64,000 bases of DNA from Candidatus Bathyarchaeota archaeon (GTDB taxonomy: Archaea; Thermoproteota; Bathyarchaeia; Bathyarchaeales; Bathycorpusculaceae), in contig CAWEPZ010000011.1 in assembly GCA_963811105.1 (NCBI GenBank), forward strand, positions 608,001 to 672,000, in the 5' to 3' direction. How positions within the stretch are numbered: the stretch's first letter is position 1; each line of letters starts with the position of its first letter. Under the pieces are notes generated by a model, which was not told where the DNA came from, did no database searches, and saw only the letters and a program-made list of their open reading frames with translations. Both the position numbers and the translations under genes were made by a program. Shown here in pieces: positions 49,651-59,774 of this stretch.

Positions 49651-50172
49651 TTGACAATGTCAAGAACAAAAAACCGAAGAATTGTAAAAATACTTATCGC
49701 TGTCGTAATAATTGGTGCGGTAGCTTCATCAATTCTTGTCGCATATAATTGGCAATCAATCTTTCCATCGAATTATCCAATAGCTCTCAGTAACATCATC
49801 TTTCCAATGGATAAGCAGATAGAGTCGGTATCCATAGGCATTAAAACATACCAAGCAAACGAACCGATTATAACAAATTTGATAACTATTAATACTACAG
49901 GCTTAGAGCCGTTGGCAACACCTCAAAACATTCCACAAGGTGGTAAGTACGCAACATCAGATTACATAACGCCAACAAAATATTCCATAGGCCAAACAAT
50001 TGTAATTGATAGAATATCTAACATTAGCCAGATACATGAACGACTGACAATAATGATTACCCCTAAAATGCTACAATATACCGCAGGCTATTACGTTAAC
50101 ATGCAATCAACACACACAGGGTACGCGATTGCTCCACCCATAAATGCAACATGGGTTTCAATTTCAGAGTGA
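49651..50172 (+). CDS. Hypothetical N-terminally anchored protein
   Basis: Basic N-terminus, TM helix, beta-rich ectodomain. Confidence 0.6.
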   Translation: MTMSRTKNRRIVKILIAVVIIGAVASSILVAYNWQSIFPSNYPIALSNIIFPMDKQIESVSIGIKTYQANEPIITNLITINTTGLEPLATPQNIPQGGKYATSDYITPTKYSIGQTIVIDRISNISQIHERLTIMITPKMLQYTAGYYVNMQSTHTGYAIAPPINATWVSISE

Positions 50173-50466
50173 TATGTTTTCGAGCGTTGAATTTTTCCGA
50201 CTCAGATAATTTTGTAGAGGATTTCATTAAGAAAGAGGATAATGTGGGTGACATCTCCATTGAAATATGGGTTAAAATCATCTAGCTGTCAAAGCTGTCC
50301 CCAGGTTTAAACACAAAGATTCTCAACATAGTCGAGCAAGAAATTGTACTTCAAATTAGAGCCTCCGTTTCCAGTACAATGTCTGACTTGATGTATATCG
50401 CAAATAATTTAAGCGTAGAAGAAGAAATGTAGCATTTCAGTTGCTAGATTGTAGGGAGATGATTGT

Positions 50467-51162
50467 GTGGTTGGTACATTCGTTTTGGTTCACGGTTCTT
50501 GGCATGGAGGTTGGTGCTGGAAGAAACTTACGCCCTATTTGGTTAAAAAGGGACATATCTGCTTCGCACCGACGCTTTCTGGGATGGGTGAAAGATTTCA
50601 CATCGCAACTTTCAACATGGGTCTGTCGGTGCATATCCAAGACATTGCCAATTTGCTTGAGTTCGAAGACCTAAACAACGTCGTCCTTGTCGGTCACAGT
50701 TACACAGGAATGGTCATCACCGGGGTCGCCGAAAAAAGTTCCCGTATCAGCAAACTCGTTTATCTTGATGCCATCGTCCCCGAACACGGGCAGAGCATGT
50801 TCTCGATAATGGATGGATTGGAAGCCCAGTTCAGGCGAAACGCAGACGCCAAAGGAATGGTTCCTTCATGGGCACCTGAAGACTTCGGGGTTACTGACCC
50901 ACGTGACATAGCCTGGATGAAATCGCGCCTTACTCCAATGCCTATTTTGACGCATCAGGAGAAGCTCGATGCCCCTAAAATGAACGCGAAGAAACTTCCC
51001 CGCTACTTTGTTCATTGCACGCAGTTTGGGCTAGGAGATTTTGCTGAGAAGTTACGACGCGAAGGTGGATCCGTCTTCGACTTGGATTCAGGACACGATG
51101 CAATGATAATTGAACCCGAGAAGCTATCATCGATTTTGGATAGAATAGCCTCTTCCTCATAG
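50467..51162 (+). CDS. Alpha/beta hydrolase (methylesterase-like)
   Basis: FVLVHGSWHGGWCW, LVGHSYTG, LVYLDA, DSGHDAM. Confidence 0.9.
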   Translation: MVGTFVLVHGSWHGGWCWKKLTPYLVKKGHICFAPTLSGMGERFHIATFNMGLSVHIQDIANLLEFEDLNNVVLVGHSYTGMVITGVAEKSSRISKLVYLDAIVPEHGQSMFSIMDGLEAQFRRNADAKGMVPSWAPEDFGVTDPRDIAWMKSRLTPMPILTHQEKLDAPKMNAKKLPRYFVHCTQFGLGDFAEKLRREGGSVFDLDSGHDAMIIEPEKLSSILDRIASSS

Positions 51163-51267
51163 GTTTCAGCATTTTTTGTTGTGGTAGTGTGGTGTAAGTC
51201 ACAATGTCTTATTTATCTGGGTCTTGAACATTACGAGTGACTTACTCCTTAAAGAGGTGAATAGTTA

Positions 51268-51570
51268 ATGAAGAAAGAAATGGACCCGTTGATGGCAGCT
51301 TCTAATGTTTACAAGTTACTGAATGAGAATGATAAGGTGCGTGTTCTTGAGGTAGTCTTTAAGCCTGGGGACGTTGCGAAAATGCATCATCATCCTGACC
51401 ACGTGGTTTATGCTTTGAATGGTGGAAAGCTGAGTTTTCTTTCTGGAGGCAAGACCCAAGAAATGGAAATAAAGGAAGGTTCAGTAATTTTCCTCGAAGC
51501 ACAAGACCATGAAGCGAAAAACGTTGGAAATACAACCGTAGACCTTATTGTGATGGAACTAAAGAAGTAA
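51268..51570 (+). CDS. Cupin domain protein
   Basis: ENDKVRVLEVVFKPG..MHHHPDHVVY..QDHEAKNVG. Confidence 0.85.
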   Translation: MKKEMDPLMAASNVYKLLNENDKVRVLEVVFKPGDVAKMHHHPDHVVYALNGGKLSFLSGGKTQEMEIKEGSVIFLEAQDHEAKNVGNTTVDLIVMELKK

Positions 51571-51757
51571 CCGCTTGATCTACTTTTTGCAGCTTCAATC
51601 TTCTTAATATTTTTTAGTCAAAAAAGCAGGATTAGCGGGAGATTCCTCCACTTTTGCTTGGGTTTAAACCGCAAAGAATAGAAGGTGTAAACTCCCTGAT
51701 CTGGTAACGATTTATATTTAATGCAAATTACCTTTTAGTCAGTTGAGGGTCAATCTT

Positions 51758-52048
51758 ATGCCAGGTAAGTTTAAAGCATACATGGGAAACATTCAGCAGA
51801 AGACGGATAAGAAGCCTGAATACTTTTGGAATTTAGCTAACGACAGGGGTTTTATCAAGGAAGGAAAGATTGTTGTTAAGCATGGTGATATGTTGACTTG
51901 GCTCAAGACTGACATGGGGTTGGGTCATGTTCAAGCAAACTTTATGATTCTTTATCTTCGTTTACGAACTAGTGATCCCAAGGTAAGTGAGCAAGCCAAA
52001 AAATGGGCTTATGAAACCGGATACCTAGAATATTGTCCTAAGAGTTGA
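51758..52048 (+). CDS. DUF4287-like small protein
   Basis: FKAYMGNIQQKT.K..WLKTDMGLGHVQAN. Confidence 0.7.
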   Translation: MPGKFKAYMGNIQQKTDKKPEYFWNLANDRGFIKEGKIVVKHGDMLTWLKTDMGLGHVQANFMILYLRLRTSDPKVSEQAKKWAYETGYLEYCPKS

Positions 52049-52134
52049 GCTCAACAATAACTCAGGCTTTTCCTCCCGCTTGAATAATTCTTGAGGGCGA
52101 CTAAGAAGACTCACTTGACCGTCAATTAAAAACT

Positions 52135-52887
52135 CTATAAGTTCATCAAATGCGTTAGTATGAATGTCAGAACGAATATCAATACACATCCGAATGTGCA
52201 AAGAGCCATAGTGCGTCTAGGAGGGTTCTTTTCTTGCGCCTGCGGTAAAAGATCGCTTGCTCCCAGATACAGAAAACCGCCTGCAAAAAAGGGTAGAAAC
52301 AGAACAAGGTAGTACGGTGGCAACTTGAAGAAAACTGTAGCTACAACTCCCAAAACTGGAGCGACGGCATCCAGGATCAGCATTCGCAGAGAATTCTTCA
52401 GCGAGTTGCCAGAATTCAGCATCACAGCAACCGTACTGAGCCCATCAGTGAAGTCATGGAATATAACGGCGAAAGCAATGATTATGCCAACATGAATATC
52501 CGCTTCAAGACCGAAACCAATTGCCAAGCCGTCCATGAAACTGTGAACCGAAAGTTCTGATGTTGCAAAAATCCCACCCAAAGGATGTTTAACTTCAACA
52601 TATTTACCGTCCTCGCTGAAGACATGTCCACTTACCATTCTGGAAATAATGTAGAGAAAAAGGAATCCGACAACCGTCAGAACCATTATCTCCTCAAGGT
52701 CAACATTGGTAGAAATAGCAAGCTTGAAAGTTTGAGGCAGTATATCCACCAAAGAAGTTGTAATTAAGATGCCTGCAGCAAGGGCTCCGAGGATTCCTAT
52801 ATTCTTCCTACGCCGTGCAGCGAACAGCCCCCCGAACAACGTCGAGAAGCAGGTAACTATGCCCAGCAGAATTGGATCGAAGTTCAT
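52135..52887 (-). CDS. ZIP family metal transporter
   Basis: HSFMDGLAIG, IFHDFTDG, AGGFLYLGASDLLP; multiple TMs. Confidence 0.9.
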   Translation of the reverse strand: MNFDPILLGIVTCFSTLFGGLFAARRRKNIGILGALAAGILITTSLVDILPQTFKLAISTNVDLEEIMVLTVVGFLFLYIISRMVSGHVFSEDGKYVEVKHPLGGIFATSELSVHSFMDGLAIGFGLEADIHVGIIIAFAVIFHDFTDGLSTVAVMLNSGNSLKNSLRMLILDAVAPVLGVVATVFFKLPPYYLVLFLPFFAGGFLYLGASDLLPQAQEKNPPRRTMALCTFGCVLIFVLTFILTHLMNL

Positions 52888-52963
52888 AGTCTATTATTCC
52901 TCAACAATGATTAATTAATTATTTTCGTCATTTCTGTCAGTTTGGTGTTATGTAACAAGAGGT

Positions 52964-52986
52964 TTCAAATCCCAGCGGTCTCACCA
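52964..52986 (+). mobile_element. attR-like duplicate of the tRNA-Pro 3' end (copy 2)
   Basis: TTCAAATCCCAGCGGTCTCACCA, one mismatch to the tRNA. Confidence 0.8.
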
Positions 52987-53107
52987 TAATCATTTAAAAC
53001 ATCATTGATTATGTTTAGCATGAACTACACTAAAGACAACAAAATTAGGAATATTCAACTGAAACCAAAAAAAGACATCAAAAATAGTAGTGTATTGATT
53101 CTTTTGG

Positions 53108-53206
53108 TTAGGCTTTTGTTTTGAGTTCGAGCCTGAGATTGTATACTACAACGGCTATTGAACCAAAGATTACAGCTATTGAAGCTGCATCAAGTATTCC
53201 AAACAT
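53108..53206 (-). CDS. 32-aa single-TM microprotein
   Basis: MFGILDAASIAVIFGSIAVVVYNLRLELKTKA; AGGTGA SD; divergent from the Lrp-domain gene. Confidence 0.35.
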   Translation of the reverse strand: MFGILDAASIAVIFGSIAVVVYNLRLELKTKA

Positions 53207-53385
53207 ATTTTCACCTTTTTTTCTTATACATAGCTTTATGCTCAGTAAAATATAAAGTTGCTTATGAATTGTTCATAATTTTTCATAAAACCTAAACATA
53301 CGTCTAAATCCAACAATAAATTTATATGCAAAGGAACATACACTTTCACAAGAAAAGTAGAGAAAAAAAATAAGAGGTAAAAAAA

Positions 53386-53622
53386 ATGAAAGCCTACATA
53401 CTCTTAAGCACTAAACCAGGCACATCATTGGACGTCGTTAAAAGATTCAAAGAAAAAGTCAAAGAGACCATCGTTGCGGATGCGATCTTCGGCAGATACG
53501 ATGCAATCGTAATATTGGAAGCACCGTGTCTTGAAGACATAAACCAGATAGTTTACAAAATAATCGAAAAAGACCCCAACGTAATCCGCACAGAAACATC
53601 CATCGTCCTGTCCCCAATGTAG
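53386..53622 (+). CDS. Stand-alone Lrp/AsnC ligand-binding (RAM) domain protein
   Basis: KAYILL..PG..IFGRYDAIV..V.RTETSIV. Confidence 0.85.
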   Translation: MKAYILLSTKPGTSLDVVKRFKEKVKETIVADAIFGRYDAIVILEAPCLEDINQIVYKIIEKDPNVIRTETSIVLSPM

Positions 53623-53717
53623 TTGTTGAAAAAACCAACAACACCAAATTTTTTTGTTTTAAATAAAGAAAGTTCGAAAATAAGAAACAAAAAAATGGAA
53701 ATAGGTCTTGGTAGCCA

Positions 53718-55265
53718 TCATTCTGAACTTAATCTTTTTATGCTGTATTTCATGTGCTTGTCTTCTTCTGCTTCTTTTCCTGGGAAGGGGAAAATTCCTG
53801 ACTCTTTGCTTCGCGAGTTTAGGCCGAAGTATGCAAGTCCTATAGCCATCCATATCCCCGTTATTGCTATTGCAATGAAAGCAGCCCACTGTGTATCACC
53901 CCCGCCTACCACGCCTAGCCATACGACTGCTCCCATCATGACCATGTTAGCGGCGAAGCCTGCGATTGGAATAATATATTTGGTCAGGATGGAGCGACGT
54001 TCTCTGGATAGAGCGGCAACTGCAATTAGGCAAGTTACTCCATAGAGCAGGAATGTACCGAAGTTGGATAACAGCATGACTGCGGTTAGGTTTCTAAGAG
54101 ATAGCACTCCGAATGCACCTATGAGCGCCGAAACCAATGTTAATACCCACGTGCCAACTGCTGGTGTTCCATATCTTGGGTTTAACTTGCCAAGTGGCTG
54201 TGGAACTTCTGTGTCACGACTGATAGCGTAGGTTACTCTTACTCCGGTGTTAAGGCATGCGAGTGTTGTGCCGAGAACTGCTGCTGCTACTGCTCCAGCA
54301 ACTACTATCATTATTGGGAAACCGCCTCCGCCAAACAACGCGTTAGTGGAGATACGCACAATGTCGCCCAATGGTCCGGCTGAAGCTGCCGCTGAAGCGA
54401 ATGTGTATTTGGAGTTAATCCAAGCTTGTATTCCGTAGAAGCCAAGCAAATAAGCGAATGCTCCCTGAATCGCTAGTGAGAGGATGACTGCGCGAGGGAC
54501 ATCTTTGGGGTTCTTTGCTTCGGAAGTCAACGCCGTTATTGACTCGAATCCTACAAGTACAAGTATGGCTAAGCTGGCTTGGAACAGCACGTGGCTAAAG
54601 TTGGAAGGTATTACAACGCTTGCAGGGTTGGAATAGTAGAAAGTAACGTGTTCAGGGTTAATGAAGCGGTAGGCAAGCGCTAAGGCTGTTACGCCTACTA
54701 GCATTGCAAGCTGTATTATGTTGATGATGAGGTTTGTTTTTGTTGATCCTTGAATGCCCCTGTATGCTATAAAACCAACAATAACTGCGAACACTACTAC
54801 GATGGCAATTTGTTCAAGCGTAGTTATAGGAAAGCCTACGGTTTGCAGAATGTATGTCATGAAGAAACCCATGAATGCAACCATTACTCCAGGGTAAACC
54901 CAATAGTACAAATGTGAAAGCCAGCCTACAATGAATTTAGCGTTTCGTGCTTTTCGGTTGCTGCTGCCTCTATCTAAGAGGGCACGCTGAGCAAAGTAAT
55001 ATGAGCTGCCAGTGCCTGCATCAGGGTAACGACGTGCTAACCAAGCATAAGACATGGCAGTTAAGAATGACAGAACCAATGCGATAAAGAGACCAAACCA
55101 AATGTCGGGTGCAGTTGAAACGCCTGAAGGATCAACCTGAGCTGCTTGTGCTTGGTAGTTAAGCCACAGAAAAGCCCCCGGTGCTATTAGCGCCATAGCG
55201 TTGATGGTTAAACCTGCAAGGCTTAATGTTTTCTTCATCTGGGGCGCAGTTTGTTCACTTGACAT
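53718..55265 (-). CDS. APC family amino acid permease
   Basis: MALIAPGAF, YPDAGTGSSYYFA, LVGFES..SEAKNP; about 12 TMs. Confidence 0.9.
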   Translation of the reverse strand: MSSEQTAPQMKKTLSLAGLTINAMALIAPGAFLWLNYQAQAAQVDPSGVSTAPDIWFGLFIALVLSFLTAMSYAWLARRYPDAGTGSSYYFAQRALLDRGSSNRKARNAKFIVGWLSHLYYWVYPGVMVAFMGFFMTYILQTVGFPITTLEQIAIVVVFAVIVGFIAYRGIQGSTKTNLIINIIQLAMLVGVTALALAYRFINPEHVTFYYSNPASVVIPSNFSHVLFQASLAILVLVGFESITALTSEAKNPKDVPRAVILSLAIQGAFAYLLGFYGIQAWINSKYTFASAAASAGPLGDIVRISTNALFGGGGFPIMIVVAGAVAAAVLGTTLACLNTGVRVTYAISRDTEVPQPLGKLNPRYGTPAVGTWVLTLVSALIGAFGVLSLRNLTAVMLLSNFGTFLLYGVTCLIAVAALSRERRSILTKYIIPIAGFAANMVMMGAVVWLGVVGGGDTQWAAFIAIAITGIWMAIGLAYFGLNSRSKESGIFPFPGKEAEEDKHMKYSIKRLSSE

Positions 55266-55555
55266 TTAGTCTTCGCCCTCGATTCTTTTTTGAAAGATAC
55301 TGTGTGGTTGTTTTCGAGCGTCTAGAATGATTGGTTCTTCAATGTTTCTTGTAAATCTTTTGTGTAAGTTATTGAAGCTTTTTCCAATTGTTAACACCAA
55401 TTTTAAGTAATTACCAATTGATATGTTCAGATAAATATAAATATAGTTAATAATTGTTCATAATTTTTATGAAAAGCTGAACTATTTTTCAGCAATTACT
55501 CTCTTTTAATAAACATTTAACAAGTCTGAAGTTGGACCCAGACAAAACAAGCTGA

Positions 55556-56470
55556 TCAAGTATTTCCTATAATTAGCCCTATAGTAAAGCTTAAAACCGG
55601 CGCAATTACCCAGCTTAACACTATCGTCAGAAATGGCTTTAGTGAGACAAACTTGGATTTGTAAGAGATGCTAGTTCCGAAAACCGCCGCCGAAAGGGCC
55701 TGAGTGTTAGAAAGTGGGATATTCAAAATTGTCGCTGTCTCCACAAGAATGGTTGAAGTTAAAAGCGTGGACATGGCGTTTGGATACCGCATAAGAAATA
55801 GCTCCTGGGAAACCCTTCGAATCTCACCAGCACTCAAAAAGAAAGTTCCGATAAATATTGCAGCGATTGCTAACGCCACTGTGGTTATGTCGAAACCGCC
55901 TGTAGCGACTATAAGCCCAATTGTATTTGCCCCTAGAACATATGACGTAGAAAACGCTAAAACGATGAGCAAGACTTTGTACGTTTGCAGTCTTTGCCAC
56001 AGGTTTTTTGGCCATCTTCTGTTTATGATTCTGATCAGGTAAAAAGCTAAAAATATGGCAACTATCGGTGCAGCGATCCATAACACAACTACTTCAACAA
56101 CGTAGATACCGTTTGTGAGTCCACCATGTGCAGTCGATAAGCCTGTAAATAAACCGACAAGCGACATGCTAAGAGACATCGGTGCTCTAATTAAGTCAGC
56201 AACGACGAAAATAATTATTGCCGCCAACAAAGCTTCTGCCCGAAATTGCGTAGCCATATTTGGCAATAGCAGATCCACGGTTTTTGTCATGCCCATACCC
56301 TGAATTACAAGTCCCAGCGAAAATCCTGCAGCGCCAAGCAACGCTCCAAATCGTTTAGTTATTATTCTTGACCCTACCGCTGGACCCACACATGCTGACA
56401 GGTTATTGCCTGAAACTAACATTACTGCAACAAAAGTTAGAACCAGAAGAGCGATTGAAAGCCACAGCAT
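55556..56470 (-). CDS. Inorganic phosphate transporter (PiT family)
   Basis: SGNNLSACVG and GANTIG signature repeats; PLSNTQ; paired with the DUF47 gene. Confidence 0.85.
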   Translation of the reverse strand: MLWLSIALLVLTFVAVMLVSGNNLSACVGPAVGSRIITKRFGALLGAAGFSLGLVIQGMGMTKTVDLLLPNMATQFRAEALLAAIIIFVVADLIRAPMSLSMSLVGLFTGLSTAHGGLTNGIYVVEVVVLWIAAPIVAIFLAFYLIRIINRRWPKNLWQRLQTYKVLLIVLAFSTSYVLGANTIGLIVATGGFDITTVALAIAAIFIGTFFLSAGEIRRVSQELFLMRYPNAMSTLLTSTILVETATILNIPLSNTQALSAAVFGTSISYKSKFVSLKPFLTIVLSWVIAPVLSFTIGLIIGNT

Positions 56471-56477
56471 TGGAAGG

Positions 56478-57158
56478 TCACTTAAGTATAGAGGTAACCA
56501 CTGAAACGATCAAATCTGAAAAGTCCTCGCAAGAATCAAGGATATCGTCGCACTTGTGCAGAAGCTCCGAATAGTGATAGAATTGGAGGTAATGCAGTTT
56601 AGACGTCAGAGCATAAAGCCTGTCAAATCCTGAGTCCTTTACGTCATCACCCTGTTCCTCCAATGCTTCAATTTCTTTGCGCAACTCCAAAATCTCAGTT
56701 ATGTTTGACGAAGAGAGAGCCTGTTTAAGCTTTAATTGGGATTTTTCTGCGAGGGCAAGAATAATCTCATATACGGAGTCCCAATCGGCATGTTTTATAT
56801 CAAAACTCGCTGAGTAAGCTTTCGCCATTCGATTCAGTTCCCTGCTCAAATAATAGTATAAGTCAACAATGCTATCGGCCACTTGGACGCATTCTAGAAG
56901 GCTATCTATTACGTTGGGGCTTATAGCCCCGCTTGTGATATCTTCACTTATTCTAAAAGCAATTTCATCAGATTTTTTCTCAAGTGACTGCACTGAATGC
57001 ATCACGCCAATTAACTTTTTTTGGTCATAATCCATTTTGAACATGCTTGCTACAAACGTGTTGGCTTCTGTTGCGATGGCGACGATTTGTGTTAGCTCAC
57101 TGAAGATGTTTTTTTCTCCGACAACAAAAATACCCTTGAGGCTCTTCAATCCAGACAC
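56478..57158 (-). CDS. DUF47/PhoU-like phosphate transport regulator
   Basis: LEKKSDEI, LEEQGDDVK, DDILDSCED helical repeats; upstream of PiT. Confidence 0.85.
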   Translation of the reverse strand: MSGLKSLKGIFVVGEKNIFSELTQIVAIATEANTFVASMFKMDYDQKKLIGVMHSVQSLEKKSDEIAFRISEDITSGAISPNVIDSLLECVQVADSIVDLYYYLSRELNRMAKAYSASFDIKHADWDSVYEIILALAEKSQLKLKQALSSSNITEILELRKEIEALEEQGDDVKDSGFDRLYALTSKLHYLQFYHYSELLHKCDDILDSCEDFSDLIVSVVTSILK

Positions 57159-57286
57159 CCATCTGTTGATTTCAGTGCAATAGATACTCGATAGACAATA
57201 TTAACTATTTAGAATTCCAAAGTTTGTCTGGCAAACACCCTGACCCGATGAGATAAACACCGGAAGCTTCGAAAACATTAACAGAA

Positions 57287-57760
57287 TCAAATTATCTTGC
57301 TATATTCTTTAACAGCGTTCATTGCAATCATCGTAGTTGTTCTTTTTATGAACCGCTCAGTTAACAGGTTTTTTAGAAAAGCATTAAGACAAGCGTTATC
57401 TCGAAACTTTGCTAAGACTACCGTATCATATTCTCCCGTTATTTCATACACAGATAGGACGTTGGTTTCCTTGGCAATTTCGTTTTCGACTTCAATTATG
57501 TGTCCGCCTTCAACTTGAATCATTATAATAGCTGTTAAAGCATAACCCATCTTTGCTGAATCAATAATAGGGGCATAGCCACGAATAACACCTTCACCTT
57601 CTAAACTATTGAGACGGTTATGCAGAATATTTGGGGTTAATCCAACTCTGTGGGCTAATTTGCGCAAGCTTACGCGTGAGTCATCTTCCAATGCGCGGAT
57701 GATTTGCAGGTCAACAGAGCCCAATTCCTTCTTTGGGCTTTTTGATAGTTTTAAGCCCAC
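57287..57760 (-). CDS. Lrp/AsnC family transcriptional regulator
   Basis: DLQIIRALEDDSRVSLRKLA..LEGEGVIRGY..VYEITGEYD. Confidence 0.9.
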   Translation of the reverse strand: MGLKLSKSPKKELGSVDLQIIRALEDDSRVSLRKLAHRVGLTPNILHNRLNSLEGEGVIRGYAPIIDSAKMGYALTAIIMIQVEGGHIIEVENEIAKETNVLSVYEITGEYDTVVLAKFRDNACLNAFLKNLLTERFIKRTTTMIAMNAVKEYSKII

Positions 57761-58039
57761 ACTTATCAGCTCCTAAATGGTATTTGACGTTTGTTTAGTA
57801 AATTAAGGTACATATAAACATATCTGCATAAAAATACTGCCATCTTAAACAATAGTAAGCATATTTGTCGCTAATATTGACAATCAGAACATAAAAAACA
57901 AATCAGCATTGCACAGTTTGACAGTTTCTAAAACCACCTCATTTAATTGTTTGTCTATCTTAAAACAGATACTTTTTTAATGCAAACATAACAGCCTTCA
58001 TCTCATTGAGGACAAATAAACATCCCAGTGGTTGGTAAT

Positions 58040-58460
58040 TTGTTAAACGTTTGCAGCAGACACAGGTTTCGCGTGGAAATTAATGGAATCGCCCCAGTGG
58101 GGATCAGGGAAGTTGAGGTGTTTGCGTTAACATTGATGCCCAGGATTTCAAGGAAGGAAAAAGATATTTCGGCGATTTCTACAACAGACCCAGGTGTAGT
58201 TCATTATGGTTCCGCTTATTTTACGAAACGCTATGGCAGGTAATTGCAGATGACATGGATTTGTGGACGTGGATAAAACAAGTAATTGACGGAGAAGACT
58301 ATCAAAAGAAATGCGTCAATTATTGTCATGGATAGAAAAGGCAATGATAAATTTAGGTTCAATTTAACTGGAGCTTGGCCAAGCATTTGGCTCTTGGGAA
58401 AACTGGAAAGTCACTCTGGTTCCCTGTTATTTAAGGAACTGGTTCTTAGTATGAGAACCC
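58040..58460 (+). pseudogene. Phage tail tube (T4 gp19-like, contractile injection system type) remnant
   Basis: HRFRVEINGI..; MDLWTWIKQV; KRNASIIVMDRKG..RFNLTGAWPS.W..GKL....ELVL across frameshifts. Confidence 0.65.
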
Positions 58461-58596
58461 AAATGTTCCTTAACATTTCATTTTTCCAACACACTAAAAA
58501 GGAAGAATTGAAGCCTGAATTTTTTGCTCTTCAAAGCCATTTCACATGTTAACCTTATTACTGCCAAAATAATTCAGTTAAGGTGAGGCAAAACAA

Positions 58597-59298
58597 TTGT
58601 CAAATACTTCTAGCGCAAAAAAAGATTGCCGCATAAAGATCACAAAAAATGGCCCCTACATAGTTTCTGGAGCAGTTCCCCTTTTTGCTATGACAATAAA
58701 ATGCGATAAAGGGAGAACCCCAGCTCAATGGATAAAAGGGGAAAACCTCAAAACTGCAGAAAACTATGCCTTATGCCGCTGTGGGCAATCAAATAACAAG
58801 CCATTTTGTGATGGAAGCCATGTGAAAGTTAACTTTGATGGCACAGAAGCCAGCGACAGCGAGCCTTTTGAAAAAATGGCAAAAATAATTGAGGGACCCG
58901 AATTAACATTGAAAGACGCTGAGATTCTTTGTGCTTCAGCTCGCTTTTGCCATCGAGGTGGCGACATTTGGGATAATGTCCCTAAGTCAAATGACCCAAA
59001 AGCTAAGAGGAACTCAGTGGATGATGCATGTGATTGCCCTTCAGGCCGGCTTGTGCTTTTAGATAAGAAGACTGGCATGACAATTGAGCCTGCTCTTGAA
59101 AAATCGATTGGTGCAGTTGAGGATCCAAGTATTGGCGTCGGAGGACCCTTTTGGGTTCGAGGTGGAATCCCAATCTTCTCCGCCGATGGAAAACTCTATG
59201 AAGTCCGGAATCGCACGACTCTTTGTCGTTGTGGGAAGTCCACCAATAAACCGTTTTGCGATAGCAGTCACTACCCAGAAGAGGATAGAGAAAGGTGA
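58597..59298 (+). CDS. CDGSH iron-sulfur protein (two CDGSH domains plus a central Fe-S domain)
   Basis: LCRCGQSNNKPFCDGSH; C..ARFC..CPSGRL; LCRCGKSTNKPFCDSSH. Confidence 0.9.
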   Translation: MSNTSSAKKDCRIKITKNGPYIVSGAVPLFAMTIKCDKGRTPAQWIKGENLKTAENYALCRCGQSNNKPFCDGSHVKVNFDGTEASDSEPFEKMAKIIEGPELTLKDAEILCASARFCHRGGDIWDNVPKSNDPKAKRNSVDDACDCPSGRLVLLDKKTGMTIEPALEKSIGAVEDPSIGVGGPFWVRGGIPIFSADGKLYEVRNRTTLCRCGKSTNKPFCDSSHYPEEDRER

Positions 59299-59624
59299 AA
59301 AGCATGGATGAGAAGGATCTAACGGAAGAAGGCATTGAAACTGCTTTATCGTCTAAAGAAAAAGCTTTTGTTCTTTTTTATGCTTCCTGGTGTCCTTTTT
59401 CCCAAAGGTTCTTACCTATTTTTGAAGAGTATGCACAGGGTAATCCGCTTGAATGCCTAAGTGTTGTAGTTGATGATAAACCAGACTTATGTGATAAATA
59501 CTCAATTGAATATTACCCTACGGTTATTCTTTTCAAGAAAGGCAAAATCTACAAGAGGCTTGATGCTGCGCCTGGGGCAGGATTAACCAAGAAGCAGCTA
59601 GCTGAGCTAACAAAGAAACCGTAA
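59295..59624 (+). CDS. Thioredoxin family protein (CxxS)
   Basis: LFYASWCPFS, YSIEYYPTVILFKKG. Confidence 0.85.
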   Translation: MKSMDEKDLTEEGIETALSSKEKAFVLFYASWCPFSQRFLPIFEEYAQGNPLECLSVVVDDKPDLCDKYSIEYYPTVILFKKGKIYKRLDAAPGAGLTKKQLAELTKKP

Positions 59625-59774
59625 TCTTTTGCTTATCGCCTGCTGCTATTGAAGGTTGCTTTTTTCATATCACCTTTATTTGGTACTTTTTGTGTCTGCA
59701 GAAAGTCTAGTATTGATGATTGTTTTCAAAGCCTCAGTACTTCTGCAGGCGTTAGAAAGAAAATAAGTTGAGAT

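Noticed and set aside
50301-50330. Further degenerate tRNA-Pro att copy (cccaggtttaaacacaaagattctcaaca; similar text near 51657)
   Set aside because: Only about 17/29 identity by eye, too weak to call.
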